Shown: piece after piece, positions 19,123-29,248 of the stretch
Layout: every line of letters begins with the position of its first letter
Position numbering within the stretch: the stretch's first letter is position 1
DNA from: Lysobacteraceae bacterium
Lineage (GTDB): Bacteria; Bdellovibrionota; UBA1018; JAGTJX01
Assembly (NCBI GenBank): GCA_023657465.1
Contig: JAGTJX010000003.1
Coordinates: 674,830 to 738,829, forward strand
Length of the DNA stretch: 64,000 nt
Direction: 5' to 3'
Translations under genes and position numbers: made by a program
Notes under the pieces: model-generated
Seen by the model: the letters and a program-made list of their open reading frames with translations, nothing else
Told to the model about the DNA's origin: nothing
The model's database searches: none

Positions 19123-20898
19123 TCATGACTTAGATAAACGTCTGATATCTCGAATTCTGAAGTTAGGAGTCGAACGTCCTAAGAATCGATTGAGCTCTGG
19201 AACACCTGCAAACGATGCGTCGCCTGCTTCATTCAGAGAATCAAAAGGGATGTCAGCTTGATGAAACCACACCGCTTCCATGGTTTGCTTCGAAGTTGAA
19301 CCGACAGGTGAAAGAGAGAGTTTCAGATGCCGCTCTTTCATCACGCGCTTGTTCTTCACTTTAGCGGTGATGACGAATACGGGCTCTGGGTTTCCATTGC
19401 CGAATGGAGCCATTTGTTCGAGCTGCTCGAGAGTTCTCTCTGAGAATTCTTCTAAGCCTGCTTCACCTTCAACGATGAGCGCGCCTTTAGTATCATCCGC
19501 AATGAGAGCCATACATGCATCATCAAACGCTACTTGAAGCGCTTCCAAGTTTTCATTCTTGAGTGAGAATCCAGCAGCATGTCTATGCCCACCGAATCCT
19601 AAGAGTAGACCTGAGCACTTCGTAAGCGCAGAGAGAACATCACGACCTGAGAACGTACGAGCTGATCCCTTAGCAAGATCTTCACGCATCGACAAAATCC
19701 CGCAAGGCTTGTGATACTTTTCGCAAACACGAGACGCCACAATCCCGATCACACCTTCATGCCAATCAGGAGAACCGACTAGGATTCCATGTTGGAACTT
19801 TCCTTCTTTCAATCCTTTTTCAATCACTAACTGAACTTGATCCCATATCTCATTCTGAAGATGGGTGCGATCTTCATTGAGAGTTTCAATTTCGCGTGCA
19901 AGTTTGTAGGCAATCTCTAAAGAGTCTGTAGTGAGAAGATCCAGCGCTGACTTAGCTGAGCTGAGTCTCCCTGAAGCGTTGATTCTTGGACCTAGAGTGA
20001 ATCCTAGATGTCCAGGTGAGAGATCACGCTTCGTTAGTCCTGTCACTTCCATGAGCGCCTTCACTCCTGGCTTCGTTGATTGTTTAAGAATATCTAAACC
20101 CTGCTTCACAAATACTCGGTTCACTCCTGTGAGAGGAACCTGATCTGCAGCAGTAGCAATCGTCACTAAATCCAGGTGTTGCTTGAGATTGGGAAGTGCA
20201 GAAGCATCACCTAGAAGTCCTAACTCACGGAACTCAGCTCTTAAGCCCATGCAGAAATAAAACGCAACACCTGCTCCGCAGAGTTGCTTGAGACCACTCT
20301 CGCAATCCGCGCGCTGCGGATTCAAAATAGCATAGGCCTGTGGAAGTCCTCGTACACCATCAATCTGATGGTGGTCCATGATGATGACAGGGAGTCGATG
20401 TGCATTTGCATTCTCAATCGCTGAGAAACTCGAGATCCCGCAATCGACAGTAATCAGGAGTTGCACACCGTCTGAGACGGCTTCATCGATCGCACCTGAG
20501 TTCAAACCATAACCGTCTTTGAAACGATCGGGTTGCTTAACATCAACATTGATTCCGAATTCAGTGAGCACTCGGTAAAGGAGTGCCGCTCCACACGTAC
20601 CATCGACATCGTAATCACCGAAGATACGTACTTTTTCTTTTTTGTTATAGGCCTCGATCACTCGCTCAACGGTGAGAGCCATATCTTTGATAGTGAAGGG
20701 AGATTGAATGTGTTCGAACCTAGGCGAGAAAAACTCTCGAATAGTCTCAGGAGTTCTCAATCCCCTATTCCAGCATACTTGAAGAGTCACTTGCGATAAA
20801 CCTGTTACCCGCAGAAGCTCTAAGAACTCGGGCGTTTCACGAATGCGAATCGTAGAATCAGTGCGAAGCTTCCACTCGCGTTGTTTCTTCTCTTTCAC
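19123..20898 (-). CDS. recJ: single-stranded-DNA-specific exonuclease RecJ
   Basis: DHH motif (DHHQIDG) and DHHA1 domain. 591 aa. Confidence 0.9.
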   Translation of the reverse strand: MKEKKQREWKLRTDSTIRIRETPEFLELLRVTGLSQVTLQVCWNRGLRTPETIREFFSPRFEHIQSPFTIKDMALTVERVIEAYNKKEKVRIFGDYDVDGTCGAALLYRVLTEFGINVDVKQPDRFKDGYGLNSGAIDEAVSDGVQLLITVDCGISSFSAIENANAHRLPVIIMDHHQIDGVRGLPQAYAILNPQRADCESGLKQLCGAGVAFYFCMGLRAEFRELGLLGDASALPNLKQHLDLVTIATAADQVPLTGVNRVFVKQGLDILKQSTKPGVKALMEVTGLTKRDLSPGHLGFTLGPRINASGRLSSAKSALDLLTTDSLEIAYKLAREIETLNEDRTHLQNEIWDQVQLVIEKGLKEGKFQHGILVGSPDWHEGVIGIVASRVCEKYHKPCGILSMREDLAKGSARTFSGRDVLSALTKCSGLLLGFGGHRHAAGFSLKNENLEALQVAFDDACMALIADDTKGALIVEGEAGLEEFSERTLEQLEQMAPFGNGNPEPVFVITAKVKNKRVMKERHLKLSLSPVGSTSKQTMEAVWFHQADIPFDSLNEAGDASFAGVPELNRFLGRSTPNFRIRDIRRLSKS

Positions 20899-20924
20899 CC
20901 GTGTTTATCCCCCCGGAAAAACTA

Positions 20925-21887
20925 CTAAACTCTCGCTGATTTAGGCGGCTGAGCTTTGTTGTTAGAAATACTTAACGCTTTCTGCTTAACGATTCTACGC
21001 TCTTCCATATAAAGAATCATTGGATTCGCGACAAAAATCGTAGACGGAATAGAAATCGTAAAACCAATAAGAAGTGGAAGAGAGAAGTCCTGAAGCACAG
21101 GTCCACCCATCAAATACATGCTCACGACCACAAACAAGGTACAGAGAACAGTCAGAACCGTTCTGCCTAAGTTCTGATTGATAGACTTATTGATCGCAGT
21201 TCTTAAATCCCAATTCGGGTGTGTCTTCGAATAGTCACGAATACGGTCATAAATAACAATCGTATCGTTACATGAGTAACCCGCAATCGTGAGCATCGCA
21301 GCCAAGACTGTCAGATTGAACTCACGTTGAAGAAATACCCAGATCCCAAGCGTCGTGATGACGTCGACGCCTAGAGCTCTGAGAACTCCAGGAGCATAAC
21401 GGATATCGAAACGAAACGTGATGTAGATGACGATACAAAGTGTCGCGTAGATGATCGATAGGAATGCTGAGTTTCTCAATGACGCTCCAGCAGCTGGGCC
21501 TACGACGTCGACTTTCTGAATCGTGTACTTACCTGCACCTGCTTTAGCATTCATGATGGTTTCTACAGCTGCAGAAACTTGATTGAGTTTAGCAGGATCT
21601 GCTTGAACCTTAATGAGGAATTCAGAATCTTTTAATTCTCCTAGTTGAACGACTGAAGGATCTTTCACTCCACCTTCGTCCAGTTCGCGACGTAAGCGTG
21701 CAGTATCCCAATCCGAAGGAGTTTTGATTTGAACGACGGCACCACCAGTGAAATCAATGCCGTAGTTGAGTCCTGGCTTCCACATCGCTACCATCGATGC
21801 GATTGCTGCAATGGTGGAGAGCCAAACGAAAGGGCCTGATTTTTTCAAGAAGTCGATTTTCAAGTCAGGGCTAATTAAATGAAACAT
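20925..21887 (-). CDS. secF: protein translocase subunit SecF
   Basis: 320-aa polytopic protein with SecF signature regions, immediately downstream of secD. Confidence 0.9.
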   Translation of the reverse strand: MFHLISPDLKIDFLKKSGPFVWLSTIAAIASMVAMWKPGLNYGIDFTGGAVVQIKTPSDWDTARLRRELDEGGVKDPSVVQLGELKDSEFLIKVQADPAKLNQVSAAVETIMNAKAGAGKYTIQKVDVVGPAAGASLRNSAFLSIIYATLCIVIYITFRFDIRYAPGVLRALGVDVITTLGIWVFLQREFNLTVLAAMLTIAGYSCNDTIVIYDRIRDYSKTHPNWDLRTAINKSINQNLGRTVLTVLCTLFVVVSMYLMGGPVLQDFSLPLLIGFTISIPSTIFVANPMILYMEERRIVKQKALSISNNKAQPPKSARV

Positions 21888-21902
21888 GTTCTATTCTCCT
21901 TA

Positions 21903-23621
21903 TTAAATACTTAAAGTAGTAATTTCGGCTCTTCTGTTTGCAAGGTATCCATCAAAGAATAGTTTGCAGACAGTGACCGCGCAGAACAATGTGGTGAAAA
22001 TTCCCACGAGAAGTGTCACTGCGAATCCACGAATGGCGCCTGTTCCATAAGACATCAGAACAACTGCGATGATTCCGTGAGTGATGTTCGCATCGAAGAT
22101 CGCTGTGAAAGCTTTTTGGAATCCAGCACTCACTGCAGCTCCGACTGACTTACCCTCTTGGAGTTCATCTCGTATCCGCTCAAAGATAATCACGTTCGAG
22201 TCGACCGCCATACCAATGGTGAGAGCAATCCCTGCCATACCAGGCAATGTGAGAGTGGCTTCCATCATAATGAGGAGTGAAATGAGAAACAGAGCATTGA
22301 GCATGAGAGAGATCGATGCGACCACTCCGCTCATTCGGTAGTAAAGGGACATGAAGATGAAGACTAAGATACATCCGATGACTCCAGCCATTGCACCCTT
22401 CTGAATCGAGTCAGCTCCGAGCGATGGTCCAACGATACGTTGCTCAAGAAAATCGAGTTGCGCAGGAAGAGCGCCAGCTCTCAGCACGATCGCCAAGTCC
22501 TTCGCTTCTTTCATGATGTCTTCAGTATTGTCACGACCCAGAGTGATCTGACCTCTTTCCGTGATCTTTGAATTGATCACAGGAGCAGAATGGACGATAC
22601 CATCGAGCACTATTGCTAAACGCTTGCCAACGTTCTCACTGGTGAGTTTACCGAACTTCTCTGCACCACGGGGGTTCAGCGAGAAGTCAACGTTCGGTCT
22701 GCGTGATTCTTGTTCGAATCCCACGCTTGCATCCTGAAGATCATCTCCTGTAACATCAGCGCGAGTAAAGAGAAGATAAGGAATACGCTGAGTATAATCG
22801 TCTTTCACGGTGAGAGACTTCACGCGCTCATAAGCAATCTCTGTTCCTTCAGGGATTTTGCCTTTGGCTTGTTTGTTCATCTCAGCAACGAATTCACTGA
22901 ACTTAGCGCCTTGCTTAGGATCGAATCCGACTTTCTTTTCAAGCTCGTCGATCGTTTTTGCAAAATTTGCATCCATGTTCTTGTCGTCTGCGATTTTGAA
23001 TTCAAGCTTAGCTGTACGACCAATGAGGTCTTTGGCGCGCTGAATTTCTTTGATACCAGGAAGTTCTACTACGACCCTGTCATTACCTTGGGATGAAATC
23101 TGAGGCTCAGCTACACCGAATTCATCGACACGGTTACGAATGACTTCAATCGATTGATTGATGGTTTTTTCTCTCACGTCGTTTTTGTATTCACGATCGA
23201 GACCAAACTCTAATTCACCTGGCTTCTCGCCTGTGAAACGAAGGATGGTGTATTCTTTCTTGATATAATCTTTTACTGCTTGTGCTGCTCCCGCACCGAG
23301 AGAGATCACGATACGAGAGTCATCTCCCGGGAATCCTTCTCTTAGAACTTTCACGCCTGAGACAATGATGCTTTTCTCTTTTAAGTTCTGTGCAAGCGTT
23401 GACGATTGACGCTCAATCACTTCTTTAAATACTTTATCGAAGTCCACGCCCAAGACCATGTAGAGACCGCCTTGAAGGTCGAGACCTAAGTTGATCTTCT
23501 GTTTGAAGGGCCACTTTGTTTTCTCTAGATCGAGATTGAAGAGCGTCGGAACTGAGTAAACCGCCGACGTTGCAATAAATACGATTAACAATACAAGCTT
23601 AGTCCACCAGCTCTTGTTCAT
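21903..23621 (-). CDS. secD: protein translocase subunit SecD
   Basis: 572 aa, with a large periplasmic domain plus a C-terminal six-TM bundle. Confidence 0.9.
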   Translation of the reverse strand: MNKSWWTKLVLLIVFIATSAVYSVPTLFNLDLEKTKWPFKQKINLGLDLQGGLYMVLGVDFDKVFKEVIERQSSTLAQNLKEKSIIVSGVKVLREGFPGDDSRIVISLGAGAAQAVKDYIKKEYTILRFTGEKPGELEFGLDREYKNDVREKTINQSIEVIRNRVDEFGVAEPQISSQGNDRVVVELPGIKEIQRAKDLIGRTAKLEFKIADDKNMDANFAKTIDELEKKVGFDPKQGAKFSEFVAEMNKQAKGKIPEGTEIAYERVKSLTVKDDYTQRIPYLLFTRADVTGDDLQDASVGFEQESRRPNVDFSLNPRGAEKFGKLTSENVGKRLAIVLDGIVHSAPVINSKITERGQITLGRDNTEDIMKEAKDLAIVLRAGALPAQLDFLEQRIVGPSLGADSIQKGAMAGVIGCILVFIFMSLYYRMSGVVASISLMLNALFLISLLIMMEATLTLPGMAGIALTIGMAVDSNVIIFERIRDELQEGKSVGAAVSAGFQKAFTAIFDANITHGIIAVVLMSYGTGAIRGFAVTLLVGIFTTLFCAVTVCKLFFDGYLANRRAEITTLSI

Positions 23622-23641
23622 GAGGCCCCCTGAGATGAAAT

Positions 23642-24055
23642 TTAGATATTCCCTTTTACGACTTGAGAAATTTGGCTCTTCAGCATTTTGACTTTAACGT
23701 CGTTTGCGATTTCGACAGTCACTACTTTTTCAGTGAGGCCTGTAATCTTGCCTAAAATGCCTGAAGCAGAAATGATTTCGTCACCAGTCTTGAGGCCACC
23801 GAGTAAGTCCTGATGCTCTTTCAGTTTTTTCTGCTGTGGTCTCACCATGAAGAAGTAAAACACCACAAACATAACGATGATTGGAAGAAACATTCCAAAC
23901 GTCATTCCTTGTTGCGCTGGAGCAGCTCCACCCGTGATCGCTTGAGCGACAGGTGCTGATGTTCCCGCAGGAAGCGCTGGGCTGTCTGCAAAGGTGAAAA
24001 GTGAATAAAAGAACGAAACTGTTGAAAGGACTGTGAAATTAATCTTTTTTAGCAT
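23642..24055 (-). CDS. yajC: preprotein translocase subunit YajC
   Basis: Conserved VRPQQKK ... GDEIIT core. I place the start at the internal ATG (MLKK), which overlaps the tgt stop by 17 nt. The track ORF extends to 24091. Confidence 0.75.
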   Translation of the reverse strand: MLKKINFTVLSTVSFFYSLFTFADSPALPAGTSAPVAQAITGGAAPAQQGMTFGMFLPIIVMFVVFYFFMVRPQQKKLKEHQDLLGGLKTGDEIISASGILGKITGLTEKVVTVEIANDVKVKMLKSQISQVVKGNI

Positions 24056-25187
24056 GATATTGGGTATAAAACTTTTTAGCCCAATCTTCAAACCGATTCT
24101 CTAAAATAGCTTCACGCATCTCGCGCATGATCTTGAGATAGAACGTTAAATTATGCACAGTGTTGAGTCTTGCTGAGAGTAATTCTTTCGCTACAAATAA
24201 ATGCCGCAGGTAGGCGCGAGAGTATTTTGTGCACGCTTCGCATTCGCAGTTTGGATCAAGCGGACTAGAATCCTGCGCAAATGTAGCGTTTTTGATGTTG
24301 ATCTTGCCTTGAGAGGTGAAGAGCTGTCCGTTGCGCGCGTTGCGTGACGGCATCACACAATCAAACATGTCGATCCCAGCGCGAACGCACTCAACGAGAT
24401 CTTCAGGACGTCCGACGCCCATTAAGTAGCGTGGCTTATTCCAAGGCATTAGGGCTACGGTGTATGCCGCCATGAGTTGCATTTGGTCGGGTTTCTCGCC
24501 GATGGAGAGGCCACCAATAGCGAATGCATCAAATGGGAGCGAAGTGATCTCGCGTGCGGATTGGTCGCGGAGCTCCTTGTAGAGTCCCCCTTGAATGATT
24601 CCAAACCTGAGCTGATGAGGCTTGAGCTTGTACTCAAGTCCCCTCTTAGCCCATGCGTATGTGCGTTTCATAGCTTGGCTTACTTGTTCAGGAGTCGCTG
24701 GAAACGGAGGGCACTCATCAAACGCCATGACGAAATTCGATCCCAGTGCTGATTGAATCTCCATCGAGAGCTCGGGAGTGAAATGGTGCTTCGATCCATC
24801 GAGATGAGACTGAAAAGTCACGCCATCGTCGGTGATTTTGTTTAATCCTGCAAGCGAGAACACTTGGAAGCCGCCTGAATCTGTGAGGATCAGCCCATCC
24901 CAGTTCATGAACTTATGTAATCCCCCCAAGTTTTCAACTAACTTGTGACCGGGTCTTAGATACAGATGGTACGTGTTACCTAAGATGATCTTGGCTTGCA
25001 AGGTGATGAGGTCTTCAGAGGTGAGAGACTTTACCGTGCCTTGAGTGCCGACTGGCATGAAGGTTGGAGTCTCGACCTGCACTTCTCTGCCCAGATGGTC
25101 AGTGACCTTGAGGATACCTGCGCGCGCGCGCTTCACGCCTGTCTCATCTGTTTGATGTGAGAGAACTTGGAATCCTAAATTGGACAT
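24039..25187 (-). CDS. tgt: queuine tRNA-ribosyltransferase
   Basis: 382 aa with zinc-binding CxCxxC...H and LMGVG-like catalytic motifs. Confidence 0.92.
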   Translation of the reverse strand: MSNLGFQVLSHQTDETGVKRARAGILKVTDHLGREVQVETPTFMPVGTQGTVKSLTSEDLITLQAKIILGNTYHLYLRPGHKLVENLGGLHKFMNWDGLILTDSGGFQVFSLAGLNKITDDGVTFQSHLDGSKHHFTPELSMEIQSALGSNFVMAFDECPPFPATPEQVSQAMKRTYAWAKRGLEYKLKPHQLRFGIIQGGLYKELRDQSAREITSLPFDAFAIGGLSIGEKPDQMQLMAAYTVALMPWNKPRYLMGVGRPEDLVECVRAGIDMFDCVMPSRNARNGQLFTSQGKINIKNATFAQDSSPLDPNCECEACTKYSRAYLRHLFVAKELLSARLNTVHNLTFYLKIMREMREAILENRFEDWAKKFYTQYHAKKD

Positions 25188-25239
25188 GATGGCGTTCTAC
25201 GTCACGTGGCTAGGATTTGGCAAGCGACACGCTCTTATA

Positions 25240-25304
25240 GGATTGTGGCATGGATGTGGCACGACAATAGAAGCTTTAGGGATGCCACATTCATGCCACA
25301 ATCC
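25240..25304. promoter_or_regulatory. 22-bp inverted repeat forming two divergent sigma-54-like -24/-12 elements
   Basis: Arms at 25240-25261 and 25283-25304, with one mismatch and a 21-nt spacer. Each arm reads TGGCAT-N5-TGGCA with consensus GG/GC spacing. One arm points toward tgt and the other toward the gene at 25364. Confidence 0.5.
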
Positions 25305-25363
25305 TTTAGCGAAAGAGCAGGCTATTTATTGAGATAGAGAAGCTCTTCTGCTATAAGCTCCCC

Positions 25364-25657
25364 ATGAAACTCTACATGGTTCATTGCGGTTTTTATGATT
25401 TGGATTTGTGTGACGGTGTGTACGAGTCCCATCTCAACCTCTTCGTAACAGGCACAAGCTATGAAGACGCCAGAGTCCGCGCTCGACTACTCCCTGAGTT
25501 CAAAAACAAAAAACTCCACGTCGATGGTGTAGTCGAGATTCAGGCAGTACAGGGGTCACGGATTTCCGTCAGCGAAGACTCTGCTCTCAATGGTCAATCC
25601 TTATTGATCTCTCAAAGACATAGAGATCTAGCACCGAAACCTACTACAGAAGTTTAG
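25364..25657 (+). CDS. DUF1543-like small protein
   Basis: MKLYMVHCGFYD... resembles the DUF1543 N-terminus. 97 aa. Confidence 0.4.
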   Translation: MKLYMVHCGFYDLDLCDGVYESHLNLFVTGTSYEDARVRARLLPEFKNKKLHVDGVVEIQAVQGSRISVSEDSALNGQSLLISQRHRDLAPKPTTEV

Positions 25658-25774
25658 ATTGCAAGCGGGCTGCAATATAATGACATATTAAAAGAATTTG
25701 ATTTTACTCGATAATTCTTTTGTGAGTGTCATTTCTCAAGAAAAAGTAAAACGAATGATTTTGACGTTTGAGTG

Positions 25775-26477
25775 ATGATTCCAATCGCTCTCTGCTATGG
25801 AATCTACTACATCCAAGTAAGGACAAAATTTGTTGCCATTGTTTCTGGATTCTTTGTTTTTGTTTCTCTAGTTTATTTACTATTAAAAATTAATAAAATA
25901 AAAATCGCCCAAATTTTACTCAAGTGAGGGAGTAATCTTTACTATACTCAGTTGCCTCAGGGTTGAGCTCATTTGAAAGTTCCGATCCAAATGATCAAAC
26001 TCATTAACTCACTCTATTCACCAGAGCAAATGGTCTGTTCTCGGAGAAATGGCAGGTGGAATGGCTCATGAATTTAATAATCTACTTTCAATTATTTCGG
26101 GCAGGATCGAAAAAATTAAAAATGAAGTAGAAAAAGGATCATCAAAAAAAATAACACTCCATGAGATTGAAAAAATGAAACAAACCGTGGATCGTATTGC
26201 TCAAATCATAAAGGGTCTCTGATTATTATTTTCTCCTCAGTGTGATGGACAGTGGCTCTCGAATTGCAAAACAAGTAGTTACATAATGATGGAACCTTAC
26301 TTCATAACAAAAGATGTGGGCAAAGGCACTGGACTAGGACTCAGTATCTCAAAAGGAATTATTGAAGCTCACGGAGCACAACTCAAGTACGACTTTGATT
26401 CTGCTCACACATGCTTTGTGATTGAATTTCCTCTCGATCGATCAAAAATCATTCCACTGGTATCAAAGGCCAGCTAG
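25775..26477 (+). pseudogene. decayed sensor histidine kinase (NtrB/FlgS-like)
   Basis: Three pieces in different frames: a two-TM N-terminal ORF, a HisKA H-box (LGEMAGGMAHEFNNLL), and a HATPase_c G2 box (GKGTGLGLSISKGIIEAHGA). The N and G1 boxes are missing. The region is AT-rich. Confidence 0.5.
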
Positions 26478-27167
26478 ATAAGGATTAGTCCGCTTCTCTA
26501 CGCCAATCGTAGAATTCATTCCATGTCCTGGACACACTCGAGTGTCATCATCATGGGTGATGATCCTCTCTCGGATCATCTGAAACATCTGCTCTTCGCT
26601 TGCGCCCCAGAGATCTGTGCGTCCGACGTTACCCTGAAACAATGTATCGCCAGTGTAGAGAGATTCCTTGGCACCACTTGCTGTATCCTGATGCAATTTC
26701 AAACATAGACTTCCCGGTGAATGACCTGGAGTGTGAACGACGGTGAGTTTTTGTTTCCCGAATTTAATTTCCTCTTCATGCTCCATTAAGTGATCCACCG
26801 GTAGGGGTGAATCGTATACTATGCCGAAGCGCTTACCTTGTTCTTTGAGCGCTTGATAAAGTTCGAGATCATTTTTGTGGAGAGCTATCTTAGGAGATGA
26901 AGTTCCCTCGCCAAGAACTCTCACGAGTCCCTCCATCACGCCCCGTGATCCACCAATATGATCTAAGTGTGCGTGCGTATGAAGCAAATGCGTGACATTA
27001 AGCTTACCGCCTACTTCTTGTTCGATTTTCGAGATAGCTTGGAGAATTTTGCCCGCTTCATCGCCTGTATCAATGAGGACTGCCTCTCTGGTTTCAGTGC
27101 ATACTAATATCCTGCAATTGCAAGAGAACGGACCAACTACGACATTCTTCTCTATAAACTTACTCAT
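26463..27167 (-). CDS. MBL-fold metallo-hydrolase (glyoxalase II-like)
   Basis: HTHAHLDHIGG metal-binding motif. 234 aa. Confidence 0.75.
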   Translation of the reverse strand: MSKFIEKNVVVGPFSCNCRILVCTETREAVLIDTGDEAGKILQAISKIEQEVGGKLNVTHLLHTHAHLDHIGGSRGVMEGLVRVLGEGTSSPKIALHKNDLELYQALKEQGKRFGIVYDSPLPVDHLMEHEEEIKFGKQKLTVVHTPGHSPGSLCLKLHQDTASGAKESLYTGDTLFQGNVGRTDLWGASEEQMFQMIRERIITHDDDTRVCPGHGMNSTIGVEKRTNPYLAGL

Positions 27168-28231
27168 AAGATCACCATTGCATCACCGTAACTAAAAAAT
27201 CTATATTTTTCACGAATCGCCTCACGGTAAGCCTCACGCATCAGCTCATAACCACCAATCGCACTCACGAGCATCATCAATGAGCTCTTTGGCAAATGAA
27301 AGTTTGTAATGAGTTGATCAACGAGTTTGAATTTGTACCCTGGATAAATATAAATTGAAGTTCTCCCGTTCATCGGAGCAAGTATCCCACTCTCACTCGC
27401 AGCACTCTCTAATGTGCGAAGACTTGTCGTCCCTACGGCTACAATTTTTTTCCCACTAAGGCGCGCTTGATTCACTTCACCCGCCACAGCCTCAGAAACT
27501 CTCACGAGTTCAGAGTGAATCTGGTGTTCACGAATATCCTGTACCTTCACAGGACGGAATGTGCCGAGACCGACGTTCAAAGTCACTTCAGAAACTCCCA
27601 CTCCACCCGCTTGTATCTTCGACATGAGTTCAGTAGTAAAATGCAGTCCTGCAGTCGGTGCAGCCGATGAACCTGGGTCACTTGCGTACACGGTCTGGTA
27701 AGTCTTCTCATCGCTACGATCTGCCGACCGCTCCAAATAGGGAGGTAATGGCATCTCACCCACATCGAGAGTGAGCGGATCAACATTGAAGCGAGCCACT
27801 ACCACTCCCTCAGGTGATTCATCAGAACCTGAGATGAGCTCTCCAATTAATTTTTCCACGCCAGTGTTGGCTGCAATCTCAAATTTAAATCCTCGAGTTT
27901 GCTTACCTGTTGAGCGCATGATGCCTTCCCAAACAAGAGGTTGCTTCTGCTCAAGAAGGAGGAACTCAATATCGCCACCCACTTTCCCATCAGGCAGTAC
28001 TCTTCGTCCGAGCAATCTTGAACGAATGACCTGTGTGTTGTTCACTACCAAGTGTGACTGATTACCTAAGATTTCTGGAAGATTGTAAAAGTGTTTGTGT
28101 GTGATCTTCCCACTCGCTCGATCAACCACCATCAACCGCGAATGATCACGAGGACTCAAAGGACGTGTAGCGATGAATTCCTGGGGCAACTCAAAGTCAT
28201 AGGAGTTCAGGTCAAAGAGATTCACAGACAT
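27164..28231 (-). CDS. queA: S-adenosylmethionine:tRNA ribosyltransferase-isomerase
   Basis: 355 aa with conserved QueA N-terminus (FDLNSYDFELPQEFIA) and C-terminal motifs. Overlaps the MBL gene start. Confidence 0.9.
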   Translation of the reverse strand: MSVNLFDLNSYDFELPQEFIATRPLSPRDHSRLMVVDRASGKITHKHFYNLPEILGNQSHLVVNNTQVIRSRLLGRRVLPDGKVGGDIEFLLLEQKQPLVWEGIMRSTGKQTRGFKFEIAANTGVEKLIGELISGSDESPEGVVVARFNVDPLTLDVGEMPLPPYLERSADRSDEKTYQTVYASDPGSSAAPTAGLHFTTELMSKIQAGGVGVSEVTLNVGLGTFRPVKVQDIREHQIHSELVRVSEAVAGEVNQARLSGKKIVAVGTTSLRTLESAASESGILAPMNGRTSIYIYPGYKFKLVDQLITNFHLPKSSLMMLVSAIGGYELMREAYREAIREKYRFFSYGDAMVIL

Positions 28232-28267
28232 GAGAGGCTTTTACCACAAAACCCTATTCAAAAAAAC

Positions 28268-29233
28268 CTACCCGAATAAGACGCTACTGATGTAAACCGA
28301 CCACTCCAGCATGGGTCTACGAGCCTTCTTCTTCTCCACAAAAACAGAATGATAAAGCTCCACGAAATGATGATTGAGCTTCTCAGCAAAAAACTTACCT
28401 GATTCAGCATTCGCGTATCTGGGAGCGCCTGTGTAGCCTGGAAACGGCTTGATCTTACTCCATGCAATGGCTTGAGACCCAAACCAGAGCTCACGTTCGA
28501 ACCTGTGCATCTTGAAGAAACGTGCGAACTTCATTGCGACTATGAATATTGGCCATACAATGAATTTCGGACAATCCGGAATCTCTGAGAGATCCTTAGT
28601 AACAGACTCTGGAGCATAGTGAATCGCCATTGAGGTTTCGAAGAATCCACCATGTAGATCTGAAGTCATATTGCTGAGTAATCTCTGAGCAGTTACCTGA
28701 TCTTCAATGTGTGTGAATGCTCCCTCGTATTCTGACTCTTTGAAGTAGAGCATGGAATCCAGTACTGAGTTCATGATGTTCATCGATGGAATTCCACGTT
28801 TATGGAGATAATCTATCCCCAGTTGAATCGCTGTATTGTGAGCAGGAGCACCGTGGAAGCTGACCCAGATCACACGCTTCACGCCAACTGCAGCTAGAGC
28901 TTTAGCCGCTTCGTGAATGACGTACTTCAGTTTGAAAAAGGAAGTCTTAGTAGTACCCAGTCCTGGTGTTGGTTCCACTCCGAGCTCAATGGACGACCAT
29001 TCCAAGTAAGGCCACTCGGGGTTTTGTTTCACGAGGCTCTCATATAACCTTCGAGCCATTCCGAATGAGACGAGTGAGTCCGTCGCAAGTGACAGATGAG
29101 GTCCGTGAAACTCAACAGGGTTCACGCATACGAAAACCGGAGCACCTGTATTTACTAACTTTTGAATTTCGTTATGAGGCAATTGATCTAAACGCATGAC
29201 TAAATCATATTCAGTAAACTGAACTTGATTCAA
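28268..29233 (-). CDS. creatininase-family amidohydrolase
   Basis: NPVEFHGPHLSLATD motif. Confidence 0.65.
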   Translation of the reverse strand: MNQVQFTEYDLVMRLDQLPHNEIQKLVNTGAPVFVCVNPVEFHGPHLSLATDSLVSFGMARRLYESLVKQNPEWPYLEWSSIELGVEPTPGLGTTKTSFFKLKYVIHEAAKALAAVGVKRVIWVSFHGAPAHNTAIQLGIDYLHKRGIPSMNIMNSVLDSMLYFKESEYEGAFTHIEDQVTAQRLLSNMTSDLHGGFFETSMAIHYAPESVTKDLSEIPDCPKFIVWPIFIVAMKFARFFKMHRFERELWFGSQAIAWSKIKPFPGYTGAPRYANAESGKFFAEKLNHHFVELYHSVFVEKKKARRPMLEWSVYISSVLFG

Positions 29234-29248
29234 ATTATTTTTTAAAAA

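Noticed and set aside
22081-23096. Antisense ORFs of 60-130 aa inside secD, and similar nested ORFs inside recJ, pyk, the coiled-coil gene and mutS
   Set aside because: They lie inside well-supported genes on the opposite strand, with no motifs or ribosome-binding sites. I treat them as frame noise.
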